Source: Candidatus Hydrogenedentota bacterium (lineage in GTDB: Bacteria > Hydrogenedentota > Hydrogenedentia > Hydrogenedentales > GCA-2746185). Taken from it: 64,000 nucleotides of DNA. Positions 27,452 through 42,400 of the stretch are shown here, one piece after another. Location: the NCBI GenBank assembly GCA_947486375.1, contig CANKTP010000001.1, forward strand, positions 17,118-81,117. The letters are read 5' to 3'. Below the pieces are notes generated by a model. That model worked only from the letters and a program-made list of their open reading frames with translations. It did not search any database and was not told the DNA's origin. A program made the translations under genes and the position numbers. Position 1 is the stretch's first letter; each line of letters begins with the position of its first letter.

Positions 27452-30400
27452 GTGCGGCATCAGCCGGAATCCGAAACAGGGGGCGGTGTTTCGGGTTTTC
27501 GTGTGCCGGTCTTGGCGTTCACCCTTGTCGCCCTGCTTGGGGCCTTTGCCGCGTCTGCGGCAGAATACGCAACCGAGTTTTTCGAAGGAACGGATGTCGA
27601 TCTAGGCGGGCAGTCGTTCACGTTCACCCCGGATGCGTCTGGGGGGAACTATGCGGTTTGCCGGTCATTGGCGGCTGCCTTTCCTGCCGCAGTGGACGCT
27701 GCGGCCCAGATTGTCCTGGGCGACGACGACTTTGAGGAAATCGTCCTTCTAGACGGGGCGACGGTTGGATATTTTGGCCAATCGTACACGTCCGTTTTCG
27801 TCGGCAGCAACGGGTACCTGACGTTCGGCTCGGGTGACTGGGGTTATTTCGAGTCGCTCGAGGCCCACTTCGACTTTCCGCCGCGGATTTCGGCCCTGTT
27901 CGACGACCTGAACCCCACGGCGGGGGGCTCGGTCTTTTTTGAACAAGCGGCCGACCGTATCGCGGTCACCTTTCAAGACGTGCCCGAATATAGCGTGGGC
28001 GGGGCGAATAGTTTTCAGGTCGAGCTTTTCTTCAGCGGGACCATACGGATCACGTATTTGGGTCTGTCGACGCTGGATGGGCTGGCGGGGCTTTCGGCGG
28101 GGCAGGGGTTGCCGGACGATTTTCAAGAGAGCGATTTCTCAGGCCTGCCCATGGGGTGCGACGACCTCGCGATCTCGCCGCAGGCGCCGTTCGACTCTTA
28201 CGGCCTGGTGGGCGGCCCGTTCGGGCCGTCCGCAAAGGTATACACGCTTTCCAATGCGGGGACCCAGCCGCTCGATTGGAACGCCGGGACTATCTCGCCC
28301 GTGACGTGGATGTCCGTGGTGCCCACAGGGGGGACCCTAAATCCGAGCGAGTCGGTCGTGATAGCGGTCGCGCTCACGGGCGAGGCCGACACCCTGCCGG
28401 CAAGCGCTGTCCCTTATTCGACCCTAATCGCGATTACGAACGCGACAAGCGCGCGAACGAGTTTCCTCGAGGCGGGGTTGGAGATTCGTAATCCTCCGGG
28501 AGATCTCCTTATCCGGGACAATGTAATCCCCAGATATGACCGCCGGTTGTCATTCCGTGACGTCGCCGTCGGTTCGACGGGCGGAGTACCCAATTCGGCG
28601 CTCGGCGTCATTTCGTTGAAGAACCTCGGGCCGGGCGCCCTTACCATCGCCCGGATCGGCCTGATGCGGTATTTCGAGAGTTTCAGCGACGGACTCGCTT
28701 CCGGATGGACGCCCGACGTGGGCGACAACTGGGCGGCGGCGAACAGCATGTTCCGAGCCAGGAACACCTCGACCGATCCCGATTTCATGACCGCCGTCGA
28801 GTCGACCGAATGGAACGAGGACATCGCGGTCGAGGTCACCACGGTCCAACAAGGAAACGATTCGCATCCGCACGGGATAGCCATCGCGGCGTCGGAAGGT
28901 TTCGACGCCGGCGAATTCGACGGGACGTTGCACGCCACCGGGAGCGGTTATGTGTTTCTTATCGCGTCGAATGGCGCCTTTAGCGCGTGGAAGTTCGAGA
29001 ACGGAAGCCAGATTCCGCTAAAGGCGTGGAGCTATTCGGCGGCCATCGAATCCGTGGCGAACGACTTGCGCGTGACGGCCGTTGCCGAACCCGATGGCGG
29101 CGTCCGGTTTCGATTCGCGATCAACGGGACGCAGGCGTGGAGCGGGGAGGACCTCGAGCCGCTTCCCAACGGCCGCATCGCCCTCATTGGATATAGCGAG
29201 GGCAATAGCACCATCTATCGCTTCGACAACATTCTCGTCAGTCCGCCGGGGGCGGAAGATGGGGTATCGGCCTCGACGCCTGCTTTCGGTTTGCCAGCGG
29301 ACAGTCTCCCCGACTTGCCGTTGACCATCGAGGCCCAAGCCGAGGCGTCTTTCGACGTCCTGTTTCAGCCCGACCACGAGGGTGACTTCAGGGACGTGCT
29401 GGTAATCCTGAGCGACGACGCCGACGACCCGGACGCCCAGGTCTCGCTCGAGGGCGCCGGCGAATCCGTGATCGAAATCGTCCACGATCCGCTGCCCGAC
29501 ACCGTCGATTTGGGTCCGTATAGCGCGATCGCCGCCATCACGGCCGGCGCCGGGCTTCTCGAGTCGGAATTGTGGCTCTATTATCGAGTAGTCAGCGGCG
29601 GACCATTCGCGCGCTTGCCGCTTTCGGTCTTGGAGAGCGGAAGTTATTTCGCCGAGATTCCCGCCCAAGCATTGGGAACACAGGTCGAGTACTACATTTC
29701 GGCGAGTGACGTCATGGGGCATGTCCTTACGGATCCGTTTAGGGTCCCCGATCGGCTCCATTCATTCATCGTTGGGCTACCGTCCTTGGTCGTGACTGTC
29801 CTGGCCCCGACCCTGGATGTGGAGTTGGCGTCCGGCGACAGCCAGACGATCCCGGCGTCAGTCCGTCTCGACAACGTGGGTTATGGCGACTTGATTTGGA
29901 GCGTAGGCGAGACGGTCCGTTCGCTTGCCGGGACGATTCAGTCCGCGTCGCTGCAACCGTTTGCCGTGCGGCCGGGGACCGAGGATATTGCGACCAAGGG
30001 GGTGCAACAACCGGCCTCCGGCAGTCATTCCGGAGTCGAGTCGATCGGCGGACCTGACGAAGGGGGATACACCTATACCGACAGTATCGAGCCCGGCGGA
30101 CCGTCGGTCGGCCAGTATTGGGTCGAGATAAGCGAGACCGGCACGAACCTGGGCATGACAGACGACGTATACGCCTTTCCGATCCCGCTCGATTTCATCT
30201 TCGATTTTTACGGGACGGCGTACACGGAAGTCGCCGTGGGGTCGAACGGGCTGATTTATTTCGAGGACACCTACCTCGGGTACGGCAATTCGTGCATTCC
30301 GGGAATGAACTACTACGGCGTGAATCGATTTATCGCGCTTTATTGGGATGACCTATATCCATCTGGAACCAACAACGTCTATTGGCAGGTGACGGGAGAC

Positions 30401-33400
30401 GCGCCGAACCGCAAATTTGTGGTGCAGTGGCACCACGTGGCGCATTTCGGCGCGGGCGGCGATCTCACCGCCCAGGTCCAGCTATTCGAAAGCGGCGGAA
30501 AGATAGTGCTGCTCTACCAGAACGCCGCGCCCACGTTTGGCCAAAACGCGACCGCCGGAATCCAAGGCGACCCGGAGACGGGCCTGCAGTACCGCTGCGA
30601 CGCCCCCAACCTCGAGGGAGGCTTGGCCGTCCTGTTCCAGCGAGGGGTGGGTTGGCTCGATGAGGTCCCGACCTCGGGAAGAATCCCGGCGGGCGGGTCT
30701 TCGACCATCGACCTTGTCTTCGACGCCGCGGGCTTGCCGCCGGGCTATGAGGAGGGGGCCCGGCTCGTCTTCTCGAGCAACGACGCCGACACGGCGGTAC
30801 CGGACTTCGCCGATGCCAGCTTGCGCGTGGCGCAAGCGGTCCGAATTGACCACGATCCCCTGGGAGACACGGGCGACACGGCCGGGCCATACCCCGTTTG
30901 CGCGAATATCACGGCGGTCGAAGGCGTGGATACAAGCGCGCTTTGGGCGTATTACCGCGTCAACGGCGACGGGGCATTCCTCCCCGCACCCATGTCTAAC
31001 ACCGGCGGCGATAATTTTTGCGGTTCAATTCCGGGCCAACCGATTGGCACGGAAGTCGAATACTATCTTGTCGCGCAGGACATGCTTGGCGGGGTCACGC
31101 GCCATCCGCCACAAGCGCCGTCCCTCGTGCATGCGTTCCACGTTGTCGATGCATCGGGCCAAATTGAGGTGATCGACCCCGTCGAGCCGTCGAACGACCT
31201 GTTCCTGCCATTCTCGCCGCCGGCGCTGGAAATTGGGACAAGCGCGGTCCGGACAGTGACCATTCGGAATGCCGGATTGGCGGCGTTGACCATCACGGGA
31301 ATTCTCGATAGTTTCCTGTACCGCGAAAGTTTCGACGACGGACTTGCCCAAGGTTGGGTCGAGGCGGTCGACTCCCAGTGGAACGCGGTCGACGGGGAGT
31401 ATCGCGCATTGACGGACCAACCCGGCGTCTGGATGCAATCAACTTATGCCGCCGCGACTTGGGAAGACCTTTCCGCGAGCGTCGTGATGCGCCGCGCGGG
31501 CGACACCGGGAACGTGTCGGCGTTGGCGGTGCGCACAAGCCCGGATTTCGACTTGGGATCGTACAGCGGATCGGCTTATGCGGTCGGCATCGACGGTTCC
31601 GGCAATTTTTGGGTCATCCGGTTTAGCCCCGGGGCCTATGCGTGGCTTCAATCTTGGACCTTCTCGCCGTATCTGAACACCGGCGAGTCGGCAAATGAGG
31701 TCACCCTCAGCGTCGAGGGCCCCGCGATTGGAGTCTATTTCAACGGGAACTTGGCGTGGATGGGATTCGACTTGGGTCTTGCAGGCCCCGGCGGCATCGC
31801 CCTCGATGGCTACAGCGGCTATGGCTTGGCGACCACCCATGTATACGACGACTTCGAAGTAGGGCAGCCGTTGCCCGCCCCGGCCGGACTGAACGCCGCG
31901 CAGCAATGGTACAACGGACATGCAAACGAGGCGGGATCGCCGGAGCTCGCCCCGCCAAACGATTTCGTTCCGCCCTATCCCGGCGGCGATCCGGGGGCGC
32001 TGGCGGATGCGACCGAAGTGCCGGAGACGCTCCCCGATGTATTCGAGTTGCAGGCGGTGCCCGAGCTGCCGTTGTTGCTGGCGCCGGACGCATCGGTCAC
32101 CTTTGACGTGGCCTTCAACCCGGTCGAGACCGGCGAGTTCAGCGGGGCCGTCGTGATCGAGAGTGACGATCCGGTGTCTCCCGAAGTAATCCTCGTCCTG
32201 ACCGGAATGGCATCGGAAGCCCTCGCGCTCGCTCATGTGCCGTTGCCGGACACGACGAACGCCCTGGGGCCATACCCAGTCGAGGCTTTGGTGACGTCGT
32301 TGTATGGGGTCGCCTCGGCGACCCTGCGGTGGAGTATCGATGCGGGACAGAATTTCACCGAAGTCGAGATGGTCGAGGGACAGGCTGGTGTCCACTCGGG
32401 CAACATTCCGGGACAGGACTCCGGCACGACGGTGTTGTATTCGATCGAGGTGGTGGACAGCCTCGATGCCTCCGTGGCCGACCCCGTCGGGGGCGGAACG
32501 CATCAGTTCCAAGTGACGGGCATACCAAACCTTACGCTTTCCCCCTCCAATCTAGAATTCGAGATTCCCCATGGCGAAACGGAAACCCGCGAAATTACAT
32601 TGCAAAACACCGGGAATTGGCCGGCCACTTGGTCGCTTCGCGAGTTGTTTGCGCCAAACCTAAAGGCACTCGGCGTGAACGCGCCGCAAGGCGGTCCGGG
32701 CGCGGCGCCATTGGCGGGCGCGAATCGCCCGAAGCCCCCGGGCGGAGGTCCGGCGGTGGATTGGCGTACGGCACACGTCCCCGGTCGATTGCTCGTGAAG
32801 TTCGCGCCAACCAAGTCCGGCCTGTCGGCCAAGGCGTCTGTCCATGCCTTTGCGGGCGGCCGCCCGATTCACTCGTTCCGCTCGATTCCGTTGGATGTGG
32901 TGCAAATTCCGCGCGGGGCGAACCTCGCGGCGATGGCGGCGGCATACCGCGCCCGCCCGGAAGTCGAGTACGCGGAACCCGATTACATCGTGCAGGCCGA
33001 CGTGTTCCCCGACGATCCCGCCTTCGCGCAACAATGGGCACTGCACAATACCGGGCAGACCGGCGGCCTCGAGGATGCCGACATCGATGCCCCCGAGGCG
33101 TGGGACACGCAGACCGGTAGCGCTACCGTGGTCGTGGCCGTCATCGATACCGGGATCGACTATACCCACCCGGATCTGGCCGCCAACATTTGGATCAACG
33201 AGGCCGAGGCCAACGGGACGCCCGGGCTCGACGACGATGGCAATGGCATCGCGGACGACCTCCACGGGGCGCGCTGGACCGATGGGACGGGTGCGCCGAC
33301 CAGCGGCGACCCGATGGACGGCAATGGCCACGGAACGCACGTGGCGGGGACTATCGGCGCGGTGGGCAACAACGGCACCGGTCCCGCCGGCGTGGCGTGG

Positions 33401-36400
33401 GACGTGCGCCTAATGGGCCTCAAGTTCCTGACTGACAGCGGCAGCGGTTCCATCTCGGACGCCGTTTCGGCCCTCGAGTACGCCATCGAGATGGGGGCCC
33501 ACGTGTCGAGCAATTCCTGGGGCGGGGGCGGGTTCAGCCAGGCGATGGCAGACATGATTGACGCGGCGCGCGCGGCGAACCAGCTTTTCATCGCCGCGGC
33601 GGGCAACGAGTCCCAGGACAACGACGCCAATCCGCACTACCCAAGCAGTTACGAACTGGACAATATCCTCTCGGTTGCGAGCAGCGACCAAGCCGACGCG
33701 ATGTCTTGGTTCAGCAATCATGGGGCGACCTCGGTCGACCTCGCCGCCCCGGGGTCGGATATATATTCGACTTGGCCGGGCGGCGGGTATAACACGATTA
33801 GCGGGACATCGATGGCCACGCCGCACGTCGCGGGCGTTGCCGCGCTCTTGTTGGGAAGCGCCCCAGACACGCCGTACTCCGACCTCAAGGCATGGCTGCT
33901 ATCGAGCGCCGATGTCCTGCCCGCATGGAGCGGGTTAACCTTGAGCGGCGCGCGCCTGAACGCCTCCGCGGCGCTCGGCAACTCGGGCAAGCCCTGGATC
34001 GACGAGGACCCAATTGAGGGAACGCTCGCCTCGGGCGAATCCAAGACGATCGCCGTGACCGTCGATACCACTCGACTCGAAAATGGCTTCTCCGATACGG
34101 CGATTTTGTCGATTGCCGGCGATCCCGACGGCGCGATCGAAGCCGGGGTGTCCCTGAATGTGGCCGGGTACGTTGCCTTTGACCATGATCCCTTGGTGGA
34201 CACAACCGCATCCGGCGACTACGAAGTGTGCGCCATGATTACGGCGCTGTCCGGTTCGATTGTCCGTACCGAGCTGTTCTGGAGCGTCGACGGGGGCGCA
34301 TTCACCGCGATTCCCATGACCGGCAGCGGCGGCGGCAATCTGGACTGCGCGGCGATACCGGCCCAAGCCGTCGGGTCGGATGTGTGCTATTACATTGAGG
34401 CCGAGGACGATCAAGGCCACGTTCAACGCAGGCCCTTCGAGGGCGCCGTCGCGCCGATTTGTTTCCAGGTCCAGGGAATTCCAAACTTGGAAGTCGCACT
34501 GCCCGAACCTGGCGGCCTGGATTTCTTCCTCAACCCGGGCGCCGCCGAGACCCGCGGTATCGTGATCACGAATTCGGGCACATGGCCCGTCGATTGGTCC
34601 CTGGGACTTCCGGGAGCGGGAGTGCTGACGACCACGATCGTCGATCTGCCGGCCATCTCCGCCATACCACGGGCGGGTATTTCGGGTGTTTTACCCGAGG
34701 GATGGGCCAGTTCGGGCCGTCCTTCGTCGCGGGAGGCCGTGCGCTCCTTGATACGCGCCGATGCCACGCCCGTCGATCTATTGATATTGTCGCCGAATAG
34801 CGTTCCGTCGACGCTGCAGGCCGGTCTGGAGGCATTCGAGGACATCGGCGCCCTGGACTATTTCGACGCCGCGATTTCCCCTCCCATCCCGGCCGATCTC
34901 GCGCCGTACGGCGTCGTGATCGTGGCGAATGGATTCTACTGGGCGGACGCCGAGGCGACAGGAAACGTGCTGGCGAGTTATGTCGATTCCGGGGGTAAAG
35001 TCATCGTCGCCGAGGCGGGATTCGACGGGTTCTGGGGATATGGCCTCCAGGGCCGGTTCGCGGACGAGTCCTATGGACCCTTCGTCGGCGGGCTCATTGA
35101 CCAATCCATTCAAAGGACCCTCGGCGCCCACGATGCCGATCATCCCATCATGGCCGGTGTCGAGTCCCTGGCCGATTCCGTCGTTACCCTGGTGGATTTG
35201 CAGCCCGGGGCCCAATGGGTCGCGGAGTGGGGGGATGGAGTTCCCCTCGTCGCGGTCATGGATTTTTCGTCCGTGGTCGGAATCAACATGTTCCCCTTCG
35301 ATTACGGCAACATCTCCGGAGACTATATATCCCTGTTCCATAATGCGGTCGTTTGGCTGGCGGATGGAGGGACCTCGAACGGGTGGATGTCGATGGGATC
35401 GGCATCGGGCAGGCTCGACCCCGGGGCATCGGTCGAGGTGCTCATCACGGCGGACGCGACCGGTCTGCACGACGGATTCCATGCGTGCCGGGGACTCGAA
35501 TTGTCGGGCGATCCGGATGGCGTACTGGATGTCACGGCGTGCCTGACCGTGTATAACGGCGCGCTTTTCCTCGGGCATTCGCCCCTGGAGGACACTTCGA
35601 ACGAGGGGCCGTATCCCGTCGAGACTACCATCGTTTCGGCCAGCGGCGTGTCGCGCGCGGACCTGTACTGGAGCACGGACGGGGGAGCGGTATTTGCCAC
35701 GACGCCGATGATCCCCATCTCCGGCGATTCGTACGGCGCATCGATCCCCGACCAGCCCGTGGGCACGATCATCGACTACTACCTCGAGGCCGAGGACGGC
35801 ATCGGCAATATCGCCGCGGAACCCGATACGGCGCCAGCCTTGTTGCACCGGTTTGAAGTCGTATCGACTCCCCCCGATATTTTCGTGACCGACTCGGTGG
35901 TCCCCGCGGACGATGGGATCGTGTCCTTCGATCCGCCGATCCCGATCGGGTCGAGCTCGGTCGAATCCATCACGGTGGAGAACCTGGGCGAACAGCCGCT
36001 CACCCTGAGCGGCGCGAGCGTGGCGTACAGGGTATCGGACAACAACAGCCCGCAAGGACCGGCCTTCGACTGGATCGAGATTGGCGTAAGCGGGACCAAC
36101 CTTGCCCTCATCGACGATAGTTATTCGTACCCGATCTCCCTGCCGTTTGGTTTCGAGTTCTACGGAAACGAATATACGGATATCGCCGTGGGATCGAACG
36201 GGGCGGTCTATTTCGAGGACAAATATTTTGCCTTTGCCAATTCCTGCATCCCCGGGAGCGGTGCCGTGGACGTCAGCCGGTTCATCGCCTTGTATTGGGA
36301 CGATCTCAGCCCGTCCGGCATCGACAACGTCTACTACCAGATTGTGGGCGAAGCCCCAAGCCGCAGGCTCGTGGTCGAATGGAGCAACGTGCCGCACGTT

Positions 36401-39400
36401 TGCTGCGGCGGGTCCCTGACCGCGCAAGTGCAACTCTTCGAGTCCACCGGGCACATACTCTACTTGTATTCGGAAACGGACCCCGGGGAAGGGGAGGGCG
36501 CCACCGCCGGTATTCAGGATTCCCCATCGCAAGGCCTTCAATATAGTTGCGACGATTCGGTGCTTGCGCCGGGATTGGCGGTGTTGTTTCAACCGGAACG
36601 GTATTTCGCCCTCGAGAACCTGCCCGACTTCCCGGCGGTGTTGGACCAGTTCGATTCGTTGTCGTTCGACGTCCGGTTTCAATCGCCCGACATTGGGAAT
36701 TTTCTCGGCGCGGTATCCATCCGGAGCGACGACCCCGACGCCCCCGAGGTTCAAGTCGATGTGGCCGGGTCGGCGGTCGATGTGATCGTGATCGGCCATA
36801 ATCCCTTGGGCGACACGAGCTTGGCCGGCCCGTATTCCGTGGAAGCGACCATCGCGGCCCCGCATGGCCTGGTGCGGGCAGACCTCTTGTGGAGCGTGGA
36901 CGGCGGAAATTCGTTCACATCCACGCTATTGTCCATTGTATCCGGCGATCTTTACGAGGCATCGGTTCCCGGTCAGCCCGTGGATACGGTGGTCGATTAC
37001 TACATCGAGGCGGAGGACTCCATGGGCAGCGTGCGCCGCGAGCCCGCCGATGCACCCTTCGCCACGCATCGGTTCTCGGTCGTGCCGCCGTCTGGCGACA
37101 TTGCCGTTTCGGACACCGCCCTGCCCGCCGACGACCGATGGATTCCGTACTCGCCGCCGATCGTCGGGCCCGGCGATAGCGTACTTCATACAATCACGGT
37201 CGATAACGCGGGCCTCGGAAACTTGGTTATCACCTCGATTCGCGCGGGCTTGTACTACGTCGAGAATTTTGAGGATGGCCTGCCGCAGGGTTGGACGGAA
37301 TCGGTCGACTCGCACTGGACGGTAACAGGGGGCGAATACCGCGCCCAAGCGGGATTTCCGGGCGTGAGCATGCAGTCGCGTTACGACGCCGCGTCCTGGG
37401 ACAATCTTTCGGCCCGGGCGCTGATTCGACGCACGGGAAATTCGTCCAACGTTTCGGTGTTGGCGGTCCGCACCAGCCCGGATTTCGACTACGCGACATT
37501 TGCCGGGTCCGCGTATGCCACGGGCATCAACGTGGACGGGACGTATTGGGTCATCCGGTTCAGCCCCGGCGGATTTTCATGGCTCCAATCGTGGACATTC
37601 TCCCCCTATCTCAATACCGGGGAAGCAACCAACGATGTGATGTTCAGCATCGACGGGGACGCCATCAACGTCTACTTCAACGGCAATTTGGCATGGAGCG
37701 GCTTCGACAGCGGCCACGGCGAGGCCGGCGGCATCGCGCTGGTGGGGTATAGCGGTTCCCTGTTCGAGATCGCCCATTTCTACGACGACGTCGAGGTCGG
37801 CCTTCCGGTACCGCCCGTTGAAGGCCTGTCGGCGGCCCAAGCGTGGTACAACAACCGTCCGCTCGAGGGGGGAACGCCGGCGGAGGCGCCGCCGGGTGCC
37901 GCCATCGCGGAATTTCCGGGCACGGCGGGAGGCCCGATTGTGGGAGATGCCCTGTCGGCGGAATCGGTGATGCCGGCATTCGTGACGGAAGGACTTCCGT
38001 CGTTGCCCGCCGTGCTGGGACCGGGCCAGTCATTCGCATTCGAGGTGCGATTCCAACCGGAGGCGCAAGGCGAGTTTACCGAGACCTTGTTCATCAACAG
38101 CGACGATCCCGATACCCCGGCATTGGAGGTGGGGTTGACCGGGACCGCCGGCGATCTTTTCGGAATCGAACACGGGCCGCTTGGCGACACGATCAACGAT
38201 GGGCCCTATGTGCTCGGGGCCACGATAACGGCCGCGAACGGAATCGCTCGCGCCGACACCATTTGGACCGCGGACGGCGGAGCCACGTTCTCGTCCGTCT
38301 CGATGGCGAATGTATCCGGCGATCATTACGTCGCGGCGATCCCGGGAGGACACCCCGACGGCACGGTCATCGGGTATTACATCGAAGTCGAGGATGCCGT
38401 GGGCAACATCGACACGGGACCCGGCGGGGCGCCGGTCGAGTTATACGAGTTCACGATCGAGGCGCCGCCAGGCGATCTCGCCGTGTTCGATTCGGTGGAT
38501 CCCGTGGACGACCGGCTATTGCCGTTCTCGCCTCCAACGGTGACGGTGGGCTCGAGCGTTGTCGAAACGATTACGGTCCTCAATGATGGGCTCGGGCCCC
38601 TGACCATTGGGAGCGTGCTCGGAGGATTATTCTACGCGGAGAATTTCAACGATGACTTGGCCCAAGGATGGGTCGAGACCGTTGACGCCCAATGGAATGT
38701 CTCGGGCGGCGCATACGCGGCCCGGGAAGATGTCCTGTCCACATGGATGCAGGCATCGTACGATACCGCGCCCTGGGAGAATTTTTCGGCAAGCGTCCGT
38801 ATGTCGCGGACGGCGACCGCGTCGAATACCTCGGCATTCGCGGTGCGTACCAGCCCCGATTTCGATATCCAGACATCGACCGGGTCCGCGTACGCCACCG
38901 GTATTCTCGGAGACGGTACTTTTTGGGTCATTCGGTTTAGCCCCGGCGGCTATGCATGGCTCCAATCGTGGACCTTCTCTGCGTATCTGAATACCGGGGA
39001 GGCGGTCAACGACGTCGCCATGAGCGTCAGCGGCGACGCGATCGCCGTCTATTTCAACGGTCATTTGGCCTGGAGCGGCTCCGATTCGGGAATTCCCGAT
39101 GCCGGGGGAATTGCGCTCATGGCCTACAACAACCCGGAAGGCATTTACCTCTACGACGACATTGAAGTGGGTCTGCCCATACCGTCCGCGGATGGATTGA
39201 GCGAGGCCCAAGCCTGGTACAACAGCCATCCCCTCGAGGGAGGATCGCCTTGGGAAGCGCCCGCGGAATCCATGGTCGCCGCGTTTCCCGGGGAGCTGGG
39301 CGACCCGATGGCTTCGGACAATCGCACATCTGGCGGCGAATTGGGATTGGAGTCCGTCGGGTATTCCGCGCTGTTCAATTCCGGGACCGATGGATTCACG

Positions 39401-42400
39401 GCAGACCCCGTCATGGGCGGTGGCTTATGGCACCAGACCGCGGGCTGCGAAGCGGCATCCGGGGACCACTCCACGCCCGGGGCGCTGTACTACGGAGTGG
39501 ACGGGGCATGTAACTACGACGCGGGCATTACCGCCGGGGCCGTGGTATCGCCGCCGATTGCGCTACCCGGGGACGCGACGGCAACCTTGACGTTCGCGTA
39601 TTTCCTGGAAACCGAGCGCGCCCCATCGTACTTCGACATGGCCTCGGTGGAGGTTTCGTCAGACGGGGGCGTCACCTATACGCTCGTGGCCCATAACGAT
39701 GCGAACGCAGGGGCCGCATTGATCGAGGAAACCGAGGGTGCGTGGCGGCAGTTGACCGTGAATCTGGCCGCGTTCGCCGGCGACGAAATTGTGATTCGCG
39801 TCGGTTTCGCGACGGTCGACAGCGGCGCGAATACCTATCGCGGATTCTATATTGACGACCTGTCGGTCGACCTGGATTCGACACAGCCATTTGAATTCGA
39901 AGGTCTCCCCGCATTGCCTGCAGTGCTGGCGCCGGGCGAATCTTTCGTGTTTGACGTCCGGTTCCAACCGATCGTCGATGGTCCATTCACCGGCGTCGTC
40001 CACATCGAGAGCGACGATCCGGAGACTCCGTCGGCCCGGGTGGATTTGTCGGGAATGGCCCAGTTCGCCATCGTCATCGATCACACGCCGCTGGGCGCCG
40101 CCGCTGCGGATGGGCCTTATGCGGTCGACGCCGCGATACTCAGCCAGGCCGCCCTCGTGCGTTCCGAGGTGTTTTGGAGCACGGACGGGGGGGCGAATTA
40201 TGCGTCCGTCCCGATGGCGATTGTCTCCGGCGATCTTTATCAGGCGCTAATTCCCGGGCAACCCGTGGGGACGCAGATCAAGTACTACATCGAGGTCGAG
40301 GACTCGCTGGGACTTGTGATTGCCCATCCGGCCGCGGCCCCCGGGGAGACGCACCAATTCGACATCGTGATTTATCCCGGCGACATCGAGGTCACGGATT
40401 CCGTCGAACCCCCGGACGACTTTTCGGCCCCATTCTCCGCCGTCAATATTGGCGCCAGTGCCACCGAGACAATGACGATCCGGAATAACGGCTTGGGGCC
40501 GCTCTCGATCGAGAATATTTCGGAGGCCGCGGCGCCCGGGATGAATTCGGCGCCGGACTCCGTCGGCGGCCCTGACGCCGGGGGCTACACGTTTATCGAC
40601 AATTACGAGCCCGGCGGACCCGCGTTCGACTGGATCGATGTGACCGGTACCGGCACGAACCTAAACCTTGTCGACGAGAGCTCGTCGCCACCGATCGCGA
40701 TTCCCTTCGCATTCGAGTTCTATGGGTCGGCGTACGACGCATTCGTAGTGGCCGACAATGGCGCGATCTATTTTGAGGGCGGTTACTTCGGTTATGCGAA
40801 TGCCTGCCTCCCCGACGGCGGCGTCTCGGGGATCGGCGCCTTTATTGCGCCATACTGGGCCGACCTATACCCGGGAGGGACGAACAACGTCTATTATCAG
40901 GTCGTCGGCGATGCCCCCAATCGCAGGCTCGTGATCGAGTGGTACAACGTCTATAGCGTGATCGGGGGCGAAACCGTCACCGCCCAAGTCCAATTGTTCG
41001 AGAACGGCGGCGACATCCTGTTTCTCTATGAAGACGCGTATCCCGTTTACGGCGGATACGCGGCGGCGGGTATCCAGGGAGATGCCGTCACCGGAATTTC
41101 ATACAGCTGCCAACAAGGCGATCTCTACCCGGGTTTGGCGGTATTGTTCGAGCCCGGCGATGCTCCCGGCGAAGGCGAAGGAGAGGGGCCATCCGCGTTT
41201 TTCATCGAGGGTCTTCCCGAATTTCCGGCGACCTTGGCCCCGGGCGACTCGCTCTCCTTCAGCCTGCGTTTCGAGCCGATTGTGGCCGGCGAGTACTCGG
41301 GGACCGTGTCCATCGAGAGTGACGATCCTTCCTCGCCGGTGATTGAGACGAACTTGACTGCTTCCGGCTTCGAGGCGTTTGGCGTCGCCCATGATCCCCT
41401 CGAGGGCGCATACGATTTTGCCCCATACGCGATTTGCCTGGAACTCAGCGCGTTCGAGGGGCTCAATCCCGCCGAACTTTGGTTGTATTACAGCATCGAT
41501 GGCGGGGTCACTTATGCGGGGCCGTTGCCCCTCATCCTGTCGGGCGAGGGCGTGTATTGCGCTGACATTCCCGCGCAACTTGCCGGCGCCACCGTGCATT
41601 ACTATGCCGTGCTCAGGGATGCATTGGGCCGCGTGGGGACATTTCCGCTTGGGAGTCCGTGGAGTTTCGAGGTTGCCGGCACGCCGGACTTCGAGGCGGA
41701 CCATCCGGACGAAATCGTATTCGTGCTAAATCCGGGGGCGTCGCAAACGCAAACGATTACCGTCGGCAATACCGGGCCCCAAGCCACGGCGGCGGGCGAG
41801 TGGCACATCGCGTCCGACGTGCTGCTGGCGTATGCAGGCGGACCCAAACCGGACGAGTTGCGTCGTCAACTCGAGGCCTTCCCCGAGGTCGCGCGGGTCG
41901 AGGCGTTTGACGCGTCCCGCTCGACACCCACCCTCGATGAACTCGAGGACTTCAACGTGGTGATCGTGCTGAGCGCGGATTCGTTCGCCGACCCGCTGGC
42001 GATGGGCGACGTCTTGGCGCTCTACGCCGCGGGCGGCGGCAAAATCATCCAGACCCTGGCGACCTTCGAGTCTTCCGCGGCGTGGGAGCTCGGGGGCGCG
42101 TTCGCGCGCGACTACAGCCCCTTCACGTCTGGCGAGTTTCAATTCCGGTACATGCAACTCGGCGACTACGATCTCGCCCACCCCATCATGGCCAGCATCG
42201 GATTCATCGAGGCCGAGTTTGCCGTCGGGGTTGGATTGGCGGAAGACGCCGAGCCGGTCGCCGATTGGGACGACGGGACCCCGGCGATCGCCACGCGAGG
42301 CGGAAACGTCGTCGCCATGAATGTCCTCCCGTTCGCGCAAGGCGAATGGCAGGCGGATGCGAACGTCCAGCAGCTGTTGCGCAATGCCATCGAATGGCTC

